DNA of 64,000 nt from an uncultured Chloroflexia bacterium. Its GTDB lineage: Bacteria > Chloroflexota > Limnocylindria > Limnocylindrales > CSP1-4. The translations under genes and the position numbers were made by a program. The notes under the pieces are model-generated. The model did not search any database and had not been told where the DNA came from. It worked only from the letters and a program-made list of their open reading frames with translations. Where the stretch lies: NCBI GenBank assembly GCA_963763775.1, contig CAVXPZ010000004.1:656467-720466 (forward strand). Direction: 5' to 3'. Below are positions 1 through 11,426 of this stretch, piece by piece (within the stretch, counting starts at the first letter, position 1; each line of letters opens with the position of its first letter).

Positions 1-254
1 GCCAGGCTATGGCCGCCGCTCCGGACCGCGAGATCCATGCCGGTCTCGCTCGCGAACCGGACGGCCCGCGCGACGTCGGGGGCGCCGGCAGCGCGGACGA
101 TGATGGCCGGGCGCTTGTCGTCGTAGGCGGCGTTCCGGATCTGGCGGATCTCGTCGTAGGCGGCGTCGCCGGGTCGGATGACCTCGCCCTGGAGACCGGC
201 TGCGAAGGCTTCGACGTCGGCGTCGTCGTGGGGGTTCGGACGGAAGGCTTGCAT
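1..254 (-). CDS. FAD-binding oxidoreductase (BBE/6-hydroxy-D-nicotine oxidase-like), N-terminal part, runs off window
   Basis: Manual translation MQAFRPNPHDDADVEAFAAGLQGEVIRPGDAAYDEIR...RPAIIVRAAGAPDVARAVRFA...LAVRSGGHS; RSGGHS covalent-FAD motif; GAGGAG RBS upstream. Confidence 0.85.
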   Translation of the reverse strand, partial: MQAFRPNPHDDADVEAFAAGLQGEVIRPGDAAYDEIRQIRNAAYDDKRPAIIVRAAGAPDVARAVRFASETGMDLAVRSGGHSL

Positions 255-341
255 CGGGCGGCTCCTCGGTGGGGTGCACGGATGGTTGAGGTGACCCGAT
301 CCTCGGCGCGGCGCGGCCGCCCGTCAGCCGACGTGCGTCGG

Positions 342-365
342 TCGTCGGACATGGACATCCGACGA
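342..365. promoter_or_regulatory. Inverted repeat TCGTCGGA-N8-TCCGACGA in divergent intergenic region, possible operator
   Basis: Perfect 8-bp arms between divergent oxidoreductase and AhcY-like genes. Confidence 0.35.
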
Positions 366-449
366 TGGCGTGTGGGCGCCCGAGCCGTCACCGCGGGCCG
401 CCATGTGCCACGCTACTGGCCCGCCATCGACCGCACGAAAGGAGCGCCC

Positions 450-1607
450 GTGTCTCGATTCGAATGGGTCAGCGAGAGCTGCCGGCTCCTCAAGCAGACG
501 GGCGCCGAGTTCGACCGGACGCAGCCGTTCCGCGGCCTCCGCATCGGCACCGGCATCCACCTCGAGCCCAAGACGGCCGCCCTGCTGATGGTGCTCAAAC
601 GCGGCGGTGCCGACGTCGTGTCGACGGGCAACCTGAACTCGACGCAGGCCGAGACCGTGACGTACCTGCGGGAGCATGGCGTCACGGTCGTCGGCGGCCC
701 GACGGCGGATCCCGAGGTCCACGACCGCGACCTCCGGGAGGTCCTGGAGGCCGAGCCGGACCTCATCCTCGACAACGGCGGCGACCTGTTCGCGCGCTAC
801 CTCGAGGCGCCGTGGCCCGGCCTCCTCGGCGGCACCGAGGAGACGACGTCGGGTCGCGACCGCCTGCTTCCCCTTCGCGACCGGATCGCGAAACCGCTCC
901 TCGTCATCAATGACAGCCCGATCAAGCAGTTCGCGGAGAACACGCACGCCGTCGGCCCCGGCACGGTCGAGGCCTTCATGCGCATCACGAACCGGATCAC
1001 GAACGGCCGTCGCGTGACGGTGTTCGGTTACGGCTCGGTGGGCCGCGGGGTGGCGGCGTACTTCCGCAACTTCTACGCCGTCGTGTCGGTCGTGGAGCCG
1101 CAGCCCGTGCTCCAGCTCCGGGCGGTCCTCGACGGCGTGGAGGTCCCGGGCCGCGCGGCCGCCCTGGCCAGCGCCGACATCATCGTCACCGTGACGGGCG
1201 CCCCCGGGATCGTCACCGCCGCCGACCTGCCGCACCTCCGCGACGGCGCGATCCTGATGAACTCCGGACATCTCCCGTGGGAGATCGACGTCGCCGGCAT
1301 GACCGCGGACCCGTCCGTCGTGTCGGTCGACGAGGTCGTCGACGGGATCACGGCGCTCCACCTCGCCGATGGGCGCGTGGTCAACATCCTGACCGCGGGC
1401 CACATGGTCAACCTGGCCGGCCCACGCCCGCTCGGGAATTCCATCGAGTCGATGGACCTCGGGTTCACGCTGCAGGCTCGCTGCCTCGAGGCCGTCGCCA
1501 CGGGCGCGGTGCCGGCGACGTCGTGCGTCGTGCCGGTCCCGGCCGCGATCGACGACGCGGTCGCCTCGGCCTACGTGACGCTCGTCAACGAGGGTCGGTC
1601 GACCTAG
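450..1607 (+). CDS. Adenosylhomocysteinase-family protein (divergent AhcY-like)
   Basis: [33 protein letters not shown] Rossmann motif, NSGH, VNLAG; GTG start after AAAGGAG. Confidence 0.85.
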   Translation: MSRFEWVSESCRLLKQTGAEFDRTQPFRGLRIGTGIHLEPKTAALLMVLKRGGADVVSTGNLNSTQAETVTYLREHGVTVVGGPTADPEVHDRDLREVLEAEPDLILDNGGDLFARYLEAPWPGLLGGTEETTSGRDRLLPLRDRIAKPLLVINDSPIKQFAENTHAVGPGTVEAFMRITNRITNGRRVTVFGYGSVGRGVAAYFRNFYAVVSVVEPQPVLQLRAVLDGVEVPGRAAALASADIIVTVTGAPGIVTAADLPHLRDGAILMNSGHLPWEIDVAGMTADPSVVSVDEVVDGITALHLADGRVVNILTAGHMVNLAGPRPLGNSIESMDLGFTLQARCLEAVATGAVPATSCVVPVPAAIDDAVASAYVTLVNEGRST

Positions 1608-3288
1608 CCCGTGCCCCGGTCGACCTGGCCGGCCGGCTGGTGCCGATAGAACGGGCGTCGTCTGGGGCGCGAGCGGCGTGTTGCCGATGATCAGGTCCGC
1701 GGCCTTCTCCGCGAGCATCATCACCGGCGCGTAGATGTTGCCGTTGGTGACGTACGGCATCGCGGACGCGTCGACCACCCGCAGCCCGTCCAGGCCGTGG
1801 ACCCGCATCGTCAACGGGTCGAGGACCGAGGCGTCGTCCACCCCCATCCGGGCGGTGCACGACGGGTGCAGCGCGGTCTCCGCGTCGCGAGCCACCCAGT
1901 CGCGGATCTCGTCGTCGCTGGTGACGACCGGGCCGGGCGACGTCTCGCCGCCGTTGTACGGGTCCATCGCCGGCTGGTCGAGGATCCGTCGCGAGACGTT
2001 CACCGCCTCGACCCACTCGCGTCGGTCCTGCTCGGTCGAGAGGTAGTTGAAGCGCAGCGCGGGGTGCACCCGCGGGTCCGTGCTCGTGAGCGACACGGTG
2101 CCGCGCGCGTCGGAGTACATCGGCCCGACGTGGACCTGGTAGCCGTGCCCAGCGGCTCCGGCGCTCCCGTCGTAGCGGATCGCCAGCGGGAGGAAGTGGA
2201 ACATCAGGTTCGGGTACGCGACGTCGTCGTTGCTGCGGGCGAACCCGCCCCCCTCGAAGTGATTCGTCGCGCCGGGACCGCTGCGCAGGAACAGCCACTG
2301 CGCCCCGATGAACGGCCGTCGCCACTTCTGCGTCGCGGACGGCTGCATCGAGACGGGCTGCAGGCTCTTGTACTGGATGTAGACCTCGAGGTGGTCCTGC
2401 AGGTGGTCGCCGACGCCCGGCAGGTCTGCGACCATCGGGATCCCGAGCGCCTCGAGGTCCGCGGCCCGGCCCACACCGGAGAGTTGCAGCAGTTGCGGCG
2501 AGTTGATGGCGCCGCCGCACAGGAGGATCTCGCCGCCGCGGATCACCTCGCGACCGTCGCCCTTGGCGACCTCGACGCCCGACGGCGCGACGGCCCTCGA
2601 ACACGATCCGGGTGACGAACGTGCGCGTCCGCACGGTGAGGTTCTTCCGACCCATCACCGGATGGAGGTACGCGCGCGCCGCACTCAGCCGCCGGCCCTT
2701 GTGGATGTTCCGGTCGAACGGGGCGAAGCCCTCCTGCCGGTAGCCGTTGACGTCCTCGGTCAGGTGGTAGCCGGCCTGCTGGCACGCTTCGAAGAACGCC
2801 GTGAAGAGTGGGTTGGTGGCTGGGCCGCGCTCGAGGACGAGCGGGCCGTCGTGGCCGCGCCACGGGTCGTCGGCCGCGGCGGCCAGGCAGGTCTCCATCC
2901 GCTTGAAGTACGGGAGGCAGTGCGCGTAGTCCCACGTCGCCATGCCCGGGTCGGCCGCCCAGCGCTCGTAGTCGAGCGGGTTGCCGCGCTGGAAGATCTG
3001 GCCGTTGATGCTCGACGAGCCGCCGAGGACCTTGCCTCGCGCGTGGTAGATCCGCCGGCCGCCCATGAAGGGCTCCGGCTCGGACTCGTACTTCCAGTCG
3101 TAGAAGCGACTGCCGATCGGGAAGGTCAGCGCGGCCGGCATGTGGATGAACGGGTCGATGCGCCAGTCCGACCGGCCGGCCTCCAGGACGAGCACGCTCG
3201 TGGCCGGATCGGCGCTCACGCGGTTGGCGAGCGCGCTCCCGGCCGAGCCGCCGCCGATGATGATGACGTCGAAGTGACCCTTGGGCAT
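1604..3288 (-). CDS. betA: Choline dehydrogenase (GMC oxidoreductase), frameshifts near 2580 and 1650
   Basis: [62 protein letters not shown] split over frames. Confidence 0.9.
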
Positions 3289-3371
3289 CGTCCGGCGATG
3301 CTAGCAGCGCCGCCGGGCGGTGGAGGGCGGTCCCGGCTCGCGGGCCGACGCGTCGTTCGGTGGGGTCAGGG

Positions 3372-5010
3372 CTTGACGCGGAAGGTCGCTGCGGGGCTGC
3401 GCAGGGAGAGCAGTCGCTTGCCGCCGACGCTGTAGACGCGGATCGGCGACCTTGTACGTGCCGGTGTGCCGCGTCGCCGAGACGTAGAACGTCGGCTTGA
3501 ACGTGCGGACCACGCCCGCCTTGAACGCCTGGGCGTCGTAGACCTTGCGCAGCAGCCGCGTGCCCCTCGAGTCGTAGATCCGAACGTCCACCATCGCCTT
3601 GGTCGCCTTCGAGGCGCGGACGTTCACGGTCACGGTGACCGTGTGCTTGCGCGTGAGGCTGGCAGGCTTCACCGAGGCGCTCCGCGCCCATGTCAGCGCG
3701 GGCGGACCGGGCGGTGGCGGGACATACGGGGGCGGCGGCACGCCGTCGCCGAGCTCGAGCCCGCCCGAGCTGTAGTACGCGGCAGCACGCTCCCGGAAGT
3801 AGCCGCCATCGTCGTCCGCCGAGAGCGATGTGCGGCTGTTGCCGTTGATCGCCGGTGGGTCCGTGGTGCCGTCGTTCACGGCGTCGCAGGCGCATGTGGT
3901 CCCGCCGGCGCCCCCACCGAACAGGAGGGCGATCACGCCGGCGTCGCGCCACAACGCCAGGTGCGTGCCACCCGGGTCGTCGAGGAACCACTGGACGCGG
4001 TTGTCCTGGTAGTGGCCCCAGCTGTCGTCCTGGGCGCGCATCTTGGTGTTGCCGAGCGGGATCTGCCAGACGACCACGCGATGGCCCGTCCCGGCGACAT
4101 AGCCCTTGATGAAGCGCGCGTACCGCACGAAGTCGGCGTCGTCCCACCACGACGCGCCGCCGTCGCCGTACTGCGCCTCTTTGAAGGCGGCGTCGCGGTC
4201 GGCGATGTCGGTGAACGTGAGGTCGAAGTGCGCGCCGAGCGATGTGTAGAAGGCCGCGGCCCTGGCCGCCAGGGCGTCCACCTGCGGATCCGAGCTGTTC
4301 GAGTACGCGATGTCCGTGTTCGTGCCCCACACCGACAGGTGATAGGCGAGGAGGACGTTGGGCGCGAGCTGATCCCGAAGCCGGACGATCGCCCGCGCGA
4401 ACCCGGCGGCGGTGTTCGGCAGGTCCGCGAGCGCCGCGTCCCCGGAGCTCGCGACGGACGCTGGGATGGCGCTGGCATCGTCGGCCGTGCCGGTCGCCTG
4501 CTCGATGTAGCCCCACAGATCGGGCTCGACATGGAGGACCACGGTCGTAGTCGCCCGCCGCGCGCTGGAAGAAGAGCCGCAGGTCCGCGTACCAGGCCGC
4601 CATCGTGGCGGTGTTCCGGAGGTTGGACAGGTCCTTCGCCTGCTCTGTGCTGCCCGTCGCCGGGTTCGACTGCAGGAGCATGTAGTACGGGAAGACCGGC
4701 GTGACCCCGTGGGCCGCCGAGTCCTGCACGTAGTAGCTGACGAACTGCCCGTTCGTGTTCCAGGTGGCCCAGCCATTCCCCGTGTTCACGCCGCCGGCGA
4801 GGTACTGGTAGCGGAGCCCGAACGGGGCCGAACCGCGGAGCGCTGCGGCGCCGCCCGGCGCGTCGGCGAGCCCGATCTCGACGTGGTCGAACGGCCACGC
4901 GGCCGGAGGGTTCGGGCAACGGGTCGGCGGCGCGGACCGGCAGCGCTGGGGCCATGAGCAGGCCGGTGGCGACGAGGGCAGCGAGCAGGCGATGGACGAA
5001 GGGGCGGATC
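3372..5010 (-). CDS. Secreted glycoside-hydrolase-like protein with C-terminal beta-sandwich domain, several frameshifts; boundaries approximate
   Basis: Signal-like RLLAALVATGLLMAPALPVRA; RYQYLAGGVNTGNGWATWN; VVLHVEPDLWGY; FTDIADRDA; VVWQIPLGN; Pro-rich linker. Confidence 0.55.
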
Positions 5011-5157
5011 GTCAGGTCCTCAGCGTTCGCGCATCGTCGGGCCGTTCCGGGTCGATGTCACTCCCACACTCGTCCCGGATGCGACCGTACGATGGGCTCG
5101 AGGCCCGAGACGGTCGCGCGCTCGCCTGCGACCCGGACATCGCCGCGCGGCGCCTGG

Positions 5158-5186
5158 TGGACACAGTTCACGTCGGTGTGTACTAT
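5158..5186 (+). promoter_or_regulatory. Sigma70-like leaderless promoter with overlapping MarR-type inverted repeat
   Basis: TGGACA(5158)-17 bp-TACTAT(5181), ATG 6 nt later; AGTTCAC-N6-GTGTACT at 5165-5184. Confidence 0.6.
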
Positions 5187-5192
5187 CCGCGC

Positions 5193-5651
5193 ATGACTGA
5201 ACCATCACCGACGACCGCGGCACCCGATCCCGTGCTCGCGGTCGCTCGTGACCTGGCCATCGCGTTCCACGTCGGCACACCTCGCCATCAGGCGGCAGCA
5301 CTCATCCGGGACCTGACCTTCGGCCAGGCCCGCCTGCTCTTCCTCCTGGACCGCGAAGGCCCGCAGCCGATGGGCCGCGTGGCCCACATCTTCGACCTCA
5401 GCAGTACGGCCTCCACCGGGTTCGTCGAGCGCGTCGAGCGCCACGGCCTCGTCGAGCGCCGACATCGGTCGGACGACCGGCGCGTCGTCGAATGCGCGCT
5501 CACCGACGCTGGCCGACGGACCGTCGAGGAGCTGTCGGGCGTGCGGATCGACGCGATGCGGCAGGCGCTCTCGGTCCTCGAGCCGGACGAGCTCGAGGCC
5601 TTCCATCGACTGATCCGCCAGGTCCTCGCCCGTCGGGTGCGGGCCGCATGA
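5193..5651 (+). CDS. MarR family transcriptional regulator
   Basis: LTFGQARLLFLL...STASTGFVERVERHGLVERRHRSDDRRVVECALTDAG. Confidence 0.9.
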   Translation: MTEPSPTTAAPDPVLAVARDLAIAFHVGTPRHQAAALIRDLTFGQARLLFLLDREGPQPMGRVAHIFDLSSTASTGFVERVERHGLVERRHRSDDRRVVECALTDAGRRTVEELSGVRIDAMRQALSVLEPDELEAFHRLIRQVLARRVRAA

Positions 5652-7378
5652 TCGCGCTGCTGCGGACCTACCTCAGCCCGTACAAGCGGCCGCTCCTGCT
5701 CGTCGTCTCCCTGCTGACGGTCCAGGCGCTCGCGACGCTCTACCTGCCGGAGCTCAACGCCGACATCATCAACAACGGCGTGGCCAAGGGCGACACCGGC
5801 TACATCCTCCAGGTCGGCGCGGTGATGCTCGGGATCTCGCTCGTCGTCGTGGTCTGCGCGGTCATCGGGGTCTACTGGGGCTCGAAGACCGGCATGTCGT
5901 TCGGCCGGGATGTCCGCGGGGCGATCTTCCGCAAGGTCGAGAGCTTCTCGCAGGCCGAACTCAACCAGTTCGGCACGCCGTCCCTCATCACCCGGAACAC
6001 CAACGACGTCCAGCAGGTCCAGATGGTGGTCCTGATGGGCCTGAACATGATGATCATCGCGCCGATCCTCGCGGTGGGCGGCGTGATCATGGCGCTCCGC
6101 CAGGACATCCCGTTGTCCGGGATCCTGATCGTGATCCTGCCGATCATGGCGTTGATCGTCGGGACACTCATGACGCGGGCGCTGCCGATGTTCCAGCGGA
6201 TGCAGGTCAAGGTGGACCGCGTCAACCAGGTCACCCGCGAGGCCCTGAGCGGCGTCCGCGTCATCCGGGCGTTCGTGCGGACGCAGCACGAGGAAGTCCG
6301 CTTCGACGTCGCCAACCGCGACCTCACCGCCACGTCCCTGCAGGTCAACCGCCTCTTCGCCCTGATGATCCCGCTGCTGATGGCGGTCTTCAACCTCTCG
6401 ACCGTCGCGATCCTGTGGTTCGGCAGCCTCCGCGTCGCCAGCGGCGAGATGCCGATCGGGAACCTGATCGCGTTCCTGCAGTACGTCATGCAGATCCTGA
6501 TGGCCGTGATGATGGCGGTCTTCATGTTCGTGATGGTCCCGCGGGCCGTCGTGTCGTCCGGCCGGATCCAGGAGGTCCTCCGCACCAAGGCCTCGATCGC
6601 GGACCCCGACGAGCCGGTCTCGGCCCCGGCGGGTGTGGGCTCGATGGCGTTCGAGGACGTGGAGTTCCGCTATCCCGGCGCCGAGGACCCGGTCCTGCGC
6701 GGCATCACGATGCGGATCGAGGCCGGCCAGACGACGGCGATCGTCGGAAGCACGGGCAGCGGCAAGAGCACGCTCATCAACCTCATCCCCCGGTTCTACG
6801 ACGTGACCGGCGGCACCCTCTCGATCGACGGCATCGATGTGCGGTCGATCAACCGCGACGACCTCTGGGCCCGGATCGGCCTGATCCCGCAGAAGGCCTT
6901 CCTGTTCAGCGGGACGATCGCGAGCAACCTGCGATTCGGCAAGGCCGACGCGACCGACGACGAGCTCTGGGCCGCCCTCCGGATCGCCCAGGCCGAGGAT
7001 TTCGTCCGCGACCTCCCCGAGGGCCTCGAGGCCCCCGTGACCCAGGGCGGCATGAACCTGTCGGGCGGCCAGCGTCAACGCCTGGCGATCGCGCGGGCCC
7101 TCGTGAAGCGACCGGAGATCTACGTCTTCGACGACAGCTTCTCCGCCCTCGACTTCAAGACGGACTCGCTCCTGCGCGCCGCCCTGGCCGAGGAGATCGT
7201 GGACGCGACCGTCGTGATCGTCGCCCAGCGTGTCGGCACGATCATGCAGGCCGACCGCATCGTCGTCCTTGACGGCGGCACGATCGCCGGCATCGGCACG
7301 CACGCCGAGCTGATGACCACCTGCGAGACCTATCGCGAGATCGTCTACTCGCAGCTCAGCCAGGAGGAGGCCGCGTGA
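5648..7378 (+). CDS. ABC exporter permease/ATP-binding subunit 1 (heterodimeric multidrug type)
   Basis: TM domain, GSTGSGKS, LSGGQRQR, degenerate Walker B VFDDSFSALD; ATGA overlap with MarR. Confidence 0.92.
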   Translation: MIALLRTYLSPYKRPLLLVVSLLTVQALATLYLPELNADIINNGVAKGDTGYILQVGAVMLGISLVVVVCAVIGVYWGSKTGMSFGRDVRGAIFRKVESFSQAELNQFGTPSLITRNTNDVQQVQMVVLMGLNMMIIAPILAVGGVIMALRQDIPLSGILIVILPIMALIVGTLMTRALPMFQRMQVKVDRVNQVTREALSGVRVIRAFVRTQHEEVRFDVANRDLTATSLQVNRLFALMIPLLMAVFNLSTVAILWFGSLRVASGEMPIGNLIAFLQYVMQILMAVMMAVFMFVMVPRAVVSSGRIQEVLRTKASIADPDEPVSAPAGVGSMAFEDVEFRYPGAEDPVLRGITMRIEAGQTTAIVGSTGSGKSTLINLIPRFYDVTGGTLSIDGIDVRSINRDDLWARIGLIPQKAFLFSGTIASNLRFGKADATDDELWAALRIAQAEDFVRDLPEGLEAPVTQGGMNLSGGQRQRLAIARALVKRPEIYVFDDSFSALDFKTDSLLRAALAEEIVDATVVIVAQRVGTIMQADRIVVLDGGTIAGIGTHAELMTTCETYREIVYSQLSQEEAA

Positions 7379-9360
7379 GCGGGCCGGGTGGCGCGGCCGC
7401 CGGCCAGGGCGCGGCCCGACGGCCGCCGCCTCGCGGATTCGGCGGCGGCGGGCCGTTCGGCGGCCCGGGGCTGCCGGCCGAGAAGGCCAAGGACTTCAAG
7501 GGCTCGTTCCGACGGCTGGCCGGCACGCTCCGACCGGAGGCGCCACGCATCTTCCTGGTCGTGCTGCTGGCGATCGTGAGCGTCACGTTCGCGGTCATCG
7601 GCCCGAAGTTGCTCGGGAACGCGACGGACATCCTCTTCGACGGCGTCGTCAGCCAGCAGATCCCCGCCGGGATGACCCAGCAGCAGGCCATCGACGCGCT
7701 GAATGCCGCCGGCCAGACGCAGCAGGCGGACATGCTCGCGTCCATGACCGTGACCCCGGGCGCCGGCGTCGACCTCACCGCGTTGCGCAACGTCCTGGTC
7801 GTCGTCGCGGTGATCTACATCCTGAGCTCGCTCTTCGCGTGGATGCAGTCCTACGTGATGGCCGGCGTGTCGCAGCGGACCGTCTACCGGATGCGGCAGG
7901 ACGTCGACGAGAAGCTGTCGCGGCTCCCGCTGCGCTACTACGACAGCCACGCCCGCGGCGACATCCTGAGCCGCGTCACCAACGACATCGACAACATCGC
8001 CAACTCGCTCCAGCAGACGCTGACGCAGCTCATCACCGCGGTCTGCACGATCATCGGCGTGCTCGCGATGATGCTCTGGATCAGCCCACTGCTCGCCGTC
8101 ATCTCGCTGCTGACCGTGCCCCTCTCGATCGTCGTGACGGTGTTCGTGGCCAAGCGCTCGCAGATGCAGTTCGCCGCGCAGTGGGCCCAGACCGGGCGGC
8201 TGAACGGCCACGTCGAGGAGTCGCACACCGGGCACGCCATCGTGAAGGCGTTCGGCCGGCAGCACGAGGCGATCGAGCGCTTCGACATCGAGAACGAGCA
8301 GCTCTTCCAGGCGAGCTACCGGGCCCAGTTCCTGTCCGGCACGATCCAGCCGGCGATGCAGTTCATCGCCAACATCAACTACGTCCTGATCTGCGTCATC
8401 GGCGGGATCCAAGTGGCGAACGGCCAGATGAGCCTCGGCGACGTCCAGGCGTTCGTGCAGTACTCGCGCCAGTTCACGATGCCCATCACGCAGACCGCCA
8501 GCATCGCCAACGTCATCCAGTCCGCGGTCGCATCCGCCGAACGCGTCTTCGAGCTCCTCGACGAGCCCGAGGAGGTCCCGGACACGGCGATCGTCGGGAT
8601 CCGGCCGGTGGTCCAGGGTCGCGTCGAGCTCGAGGACGTCTCCTTCCGCTACCTGCCCGACGCGCCACTGATCGACGACCTGAACCTCGTCGTCGAGCCG
8701 GGCCAGACGGTCGCGATCGTCGGTCCGACCGGGGCCGGGAAGACGACCCTCGTGAACCTGCTCATGCGCTTCTACGAGATCGACGGCGGGCACATCCGCG
8801 TCGACGGCATCGACAGCCGCGAGATGTCGCGCGACGAGCTGCGCTCGACGTTCGGGATGGTCCTCCAGGACACGTGGCTGTTCCACGGCACGATCCGCGA
8901 GAACATCGCCTATGGCCGCGACGACGCGACGGACGAGGAGATCGATGCGGCCGCGACGGCCGCGCACGTCGACCACTTCGTGCGGACGCTGCCCGACGGC
9001 TACGACACGATCCTCGACGACGACGCGACGAGCGTGTCCCAGGGCGAGAAGCAGCTCCTGACCATCGCGCGGGCGTTCCTCGCCGATCGACGCATCCTCA
9101 TCCTCGACGAGGCGACGAGCTCGGTCGACACACGGACCGAGGTGCTCATCCAGCGGGCGATGGCCAAGCTGATGCTCGGGCGGACGAGCTTCGTCATCGC
9201 CCATCGGCTCTCGACCATCCGCGACGCCGACACGATCCTGGTCATGGATCACGGGAAGATCGTCGAGCAGGGGACGCACGAGGCGCTCATGGCGCGCGGC
9301 GGCTTCTACTTCGACCTCTACGACAGCCAGTTCGCCGAGCCGTTGCAGGAAGCGGTCTAG
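7375..9360 (+). CDS. ABC exporter permease/ATP-binding subunit 2
   Basis: GPTGAGKT, VSQGEKQ, ILDEATSSVD, AHRLSTI. Confidence 0.92.
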   Translation: MSGPGGAAAGQGAARRPPPRGFGGGGPFGGPGLPAEKAKDFKGSFRRLAGTLRPEAPRIFLVVLLAIVSVTFAVIGPKLLGNATDILFDGVVSQQIPAGMTQQQAIDALNAAGQTQQADMLASMTVTPGAGVDLTALRNVLVVVAVIYILSSLFAWMQSYVMAGVSQRTVYRMRQDVDEKLSRLPLRYYDSHARGDILSRVTNDIDNIANSLQQTLTQLITAVCTIIGVLAMMLWISPLLAVISLLTVPLSIVVTVFVAKRSQMQFAAQWAQTGRLNGHVEESHTGHAIVKAFGRQHEAIERFDIENEQLFQASYRAQFLSGTIQPAMQFIANINYVLICVIGGIQVANGQMSLGDVQAFVQYSRQFTMPITQTASIANVIQSAVASAERVFELLDEPEEVPDTAIVGIRPVVQGRVELEDVSFRYLPDAPLIDDLNLVVEPGQTVAIVGPTGAGKTTLVNLLMRFYEIDGGHIRVDGIDSREMSRDELRSTFGMVLQDTWLFHGTIRENIAYGRDDATDEEIDAAATAAHVDHFVRTLPDGYDTILDDDATSVSQGEKQLLTIARAFLADRRILILDEATSSVDTRTEVLIQRAMAKLMLGRTSFVIAHRLSTIRDADTILVMDHGKIVEQGTHEALMARGGFYFDLYDSQFAEPLQEAV

Positions 9361-9470
9361 CCGGCCGACCGGCGCGGTAAGCCGTCGTGGGGTATGGTCC
9401 CCGAGGCTCACATCCGCGTGACGAGCCCCGTCACGCCGTCGCTGACCAACCACGTTCCAGGAGGTTCCGC

Positions 9471-10242
9471 GTGCGTCGACTCTTCATCGGGCTGGCCATG
9501 GCGGCCATCGCCGTCTCGGCCATGGCCTGCTCCGCATCCGGCGGTTCCGGCGGGACCATCGATGGCACGAGCTGGAAGCTCACGTCGTACAGCGTCTCCG
9601 GGACGTCGACGAACGTGCCGGCCGGCGTCGTGGTCGATGCCCACTTCGCGGGAGATCGCGTGTCCGGCTTCGGTGGTTGCAACGCCTACGGTGGCACGGC
9701 CGCCATCTCGGGCTCCACCATCAAGATCAGCGACGTCTTCAGCACGCAGATGGCGTGCGAGGGCGATGGCTCGACGGTCGAGACGGCCTACCTCGCGAAC
9801 CTCGCGAATGCCGCCACCTTCACCGCGACCGCCGACGCGCTGACGATCTTCGACAGCAGCGGCAAGTCGATCCTGGTGTACGCGGCCGGGGCGGCGAACC
9901 CGATCGAAGGCTTCTGGAACGTCACCGGCTACAACAACGGCAACGAGGCGGTCGATCTCGCCGATCACCGGGACGACCCTGACAGCCAACTTCACCCCGG
10001 GTGACGAGGTCGGCGGATCCGCGGGCTGCAACGACTACAGCGGGACCTACAAGCTCGACGGCACGAGCCTCACCGTGAGCCAGGTCGTCACGACCCGCAA
10101 GGCCTGCGACCAGGCGATCATGGACCAGGAGACCCAGTTCCTGACCGCGCTCCAGACGCCGACCACGGTCGAGACGTCCGGGGCGACGATCACCCTCCGC
10201 GCCGCCGACGGCGCCACCCAGGTGGTCCTCGGTCCGAAGTGA
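9471..10242 (+). CDS. META (HslJ-like) domain lipoprotein with two META domains, frameshift near 9955
   Basis: Lipobox-like AMAC; GTSWKLTSY, SGFGGCNAY, STQMAC; second domain GSAGCNDYSG, TTRKAC in another frame. Confidence 0.8.
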
Positions 10243-10266
10243 TCCCCGGCCGCCCACCAGCGGCCC

Positions 10267-11416
10267 TCAGGCCGCCGACGGGACCGGTCCGAAGCGGGCC
10301 GGGTCGAGCGGCGGCCGGCGGGCTGGCCTGACGGCCGAGGACAAGGTCGGCGATCAGCCGGCCGCTGGCAGGCCCGGTCGAGATGCCCCATGGGCCGTGG
10401 CCCGCGGCGATCCAGAGTCCGTCGATCCCGGGGACGGCCCCGATCAACGGGCGACCGTCCGCACTGAGCGGGCGGGCGCAGACCCGATCCGCCCCGACCG
10501 CCGCGCCGGCCAGGCCCGGGACGAATCCACGGCCTCGTTCGATGAGCGCCGGGACCACCCGTGACGGGTGCGGCTCGGCCAGGAAGAAGGTCGAGCCCAG
10601 CGAGCTGGCGGCCCCAGCCGGGACGAGACTGAACCCGAACTCCGCCGACGGTTCCGGCTCGCCGGCGTCGCCCGGCTCGATCTCGAGCTCGATCTCTTCG
10701 AGGACGTGCGACGGCGCGGCCGCGAGGGTCACCGACACCACCACGCCCCAGGTCCGGGTGATCGGCCGCCAGGCTCCGCTCGGATCCACGAGGCCAGGCG
10801 ACCACGGGCCGGCCGCGACCACGATGTCCGCGGCGGCCAGGGTCGTCCCGTCCGCGAACGTCACGCCGGCGACCCGGCCGTCGACGATCCGAGGGCTGGC
10901 GCCCGCCCCGACCCGGACCTCGACACCGAGGGCCGCCGCCCGGTCGGCGTACGCTCGAGTCGCTGCCTCAGGAGCCACCGGAAACCCGATCGGGAGCCTG
11001 ACCGCCGTGACGTCCGGCGCCACGGATGGTTCGAGCCGGCGGGCCTCCCCACTCGGGAGAAGGACCGGTTCCAGCTCCGGGTGCGCCGCCGCCAGCTCGT
11101 CCGCGAACCGTCGTGCTGCGGCCTCGTCATGCCCGACGCACAGCATCCCGACCGGCTCGGCGGGGAACGCGAAGGCCCCCGACGACTCGGCAGCCAGCGC
11201 CTGATACCGGGCGACCGTCTCGTGGTACAGCCGCGCGAGCACCGGGTCGAACGGATGCTGGACGACGCCCGAGTTGCGGCCCGAGGCGCCCGCCGCCACG
11301 GCGGTCCGCTCCACGAGGACGACCCGTGCGCCCGCCGACGCGAGATGGGCGGCGGCCGAGGTGCCGATGATCCCGCCCCCGATCACGATGACGTCGATCG
11401 GGCGCGTCGAGCTCAT
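10267..11416 (-). CDS. FAD-dependent oxidoreductase, DAO/glycine oxidase family
   Basis: IGGGIIG, GASGRNSG, RPLSADGRPLIG, AAGHGPWGISTGP; C-terminus probably frameshifted near 10310. Confidence 0.85.
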
Positions 11417-11426
11417 CCGAGAGCGC

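Noticed and set aside
255-450. SAH/SAM riboswitch upstream of the AhcY-like gene
   Set aside because: No recognisable consensus elements; only a short inverted repeat. An Rfam scan would settle it
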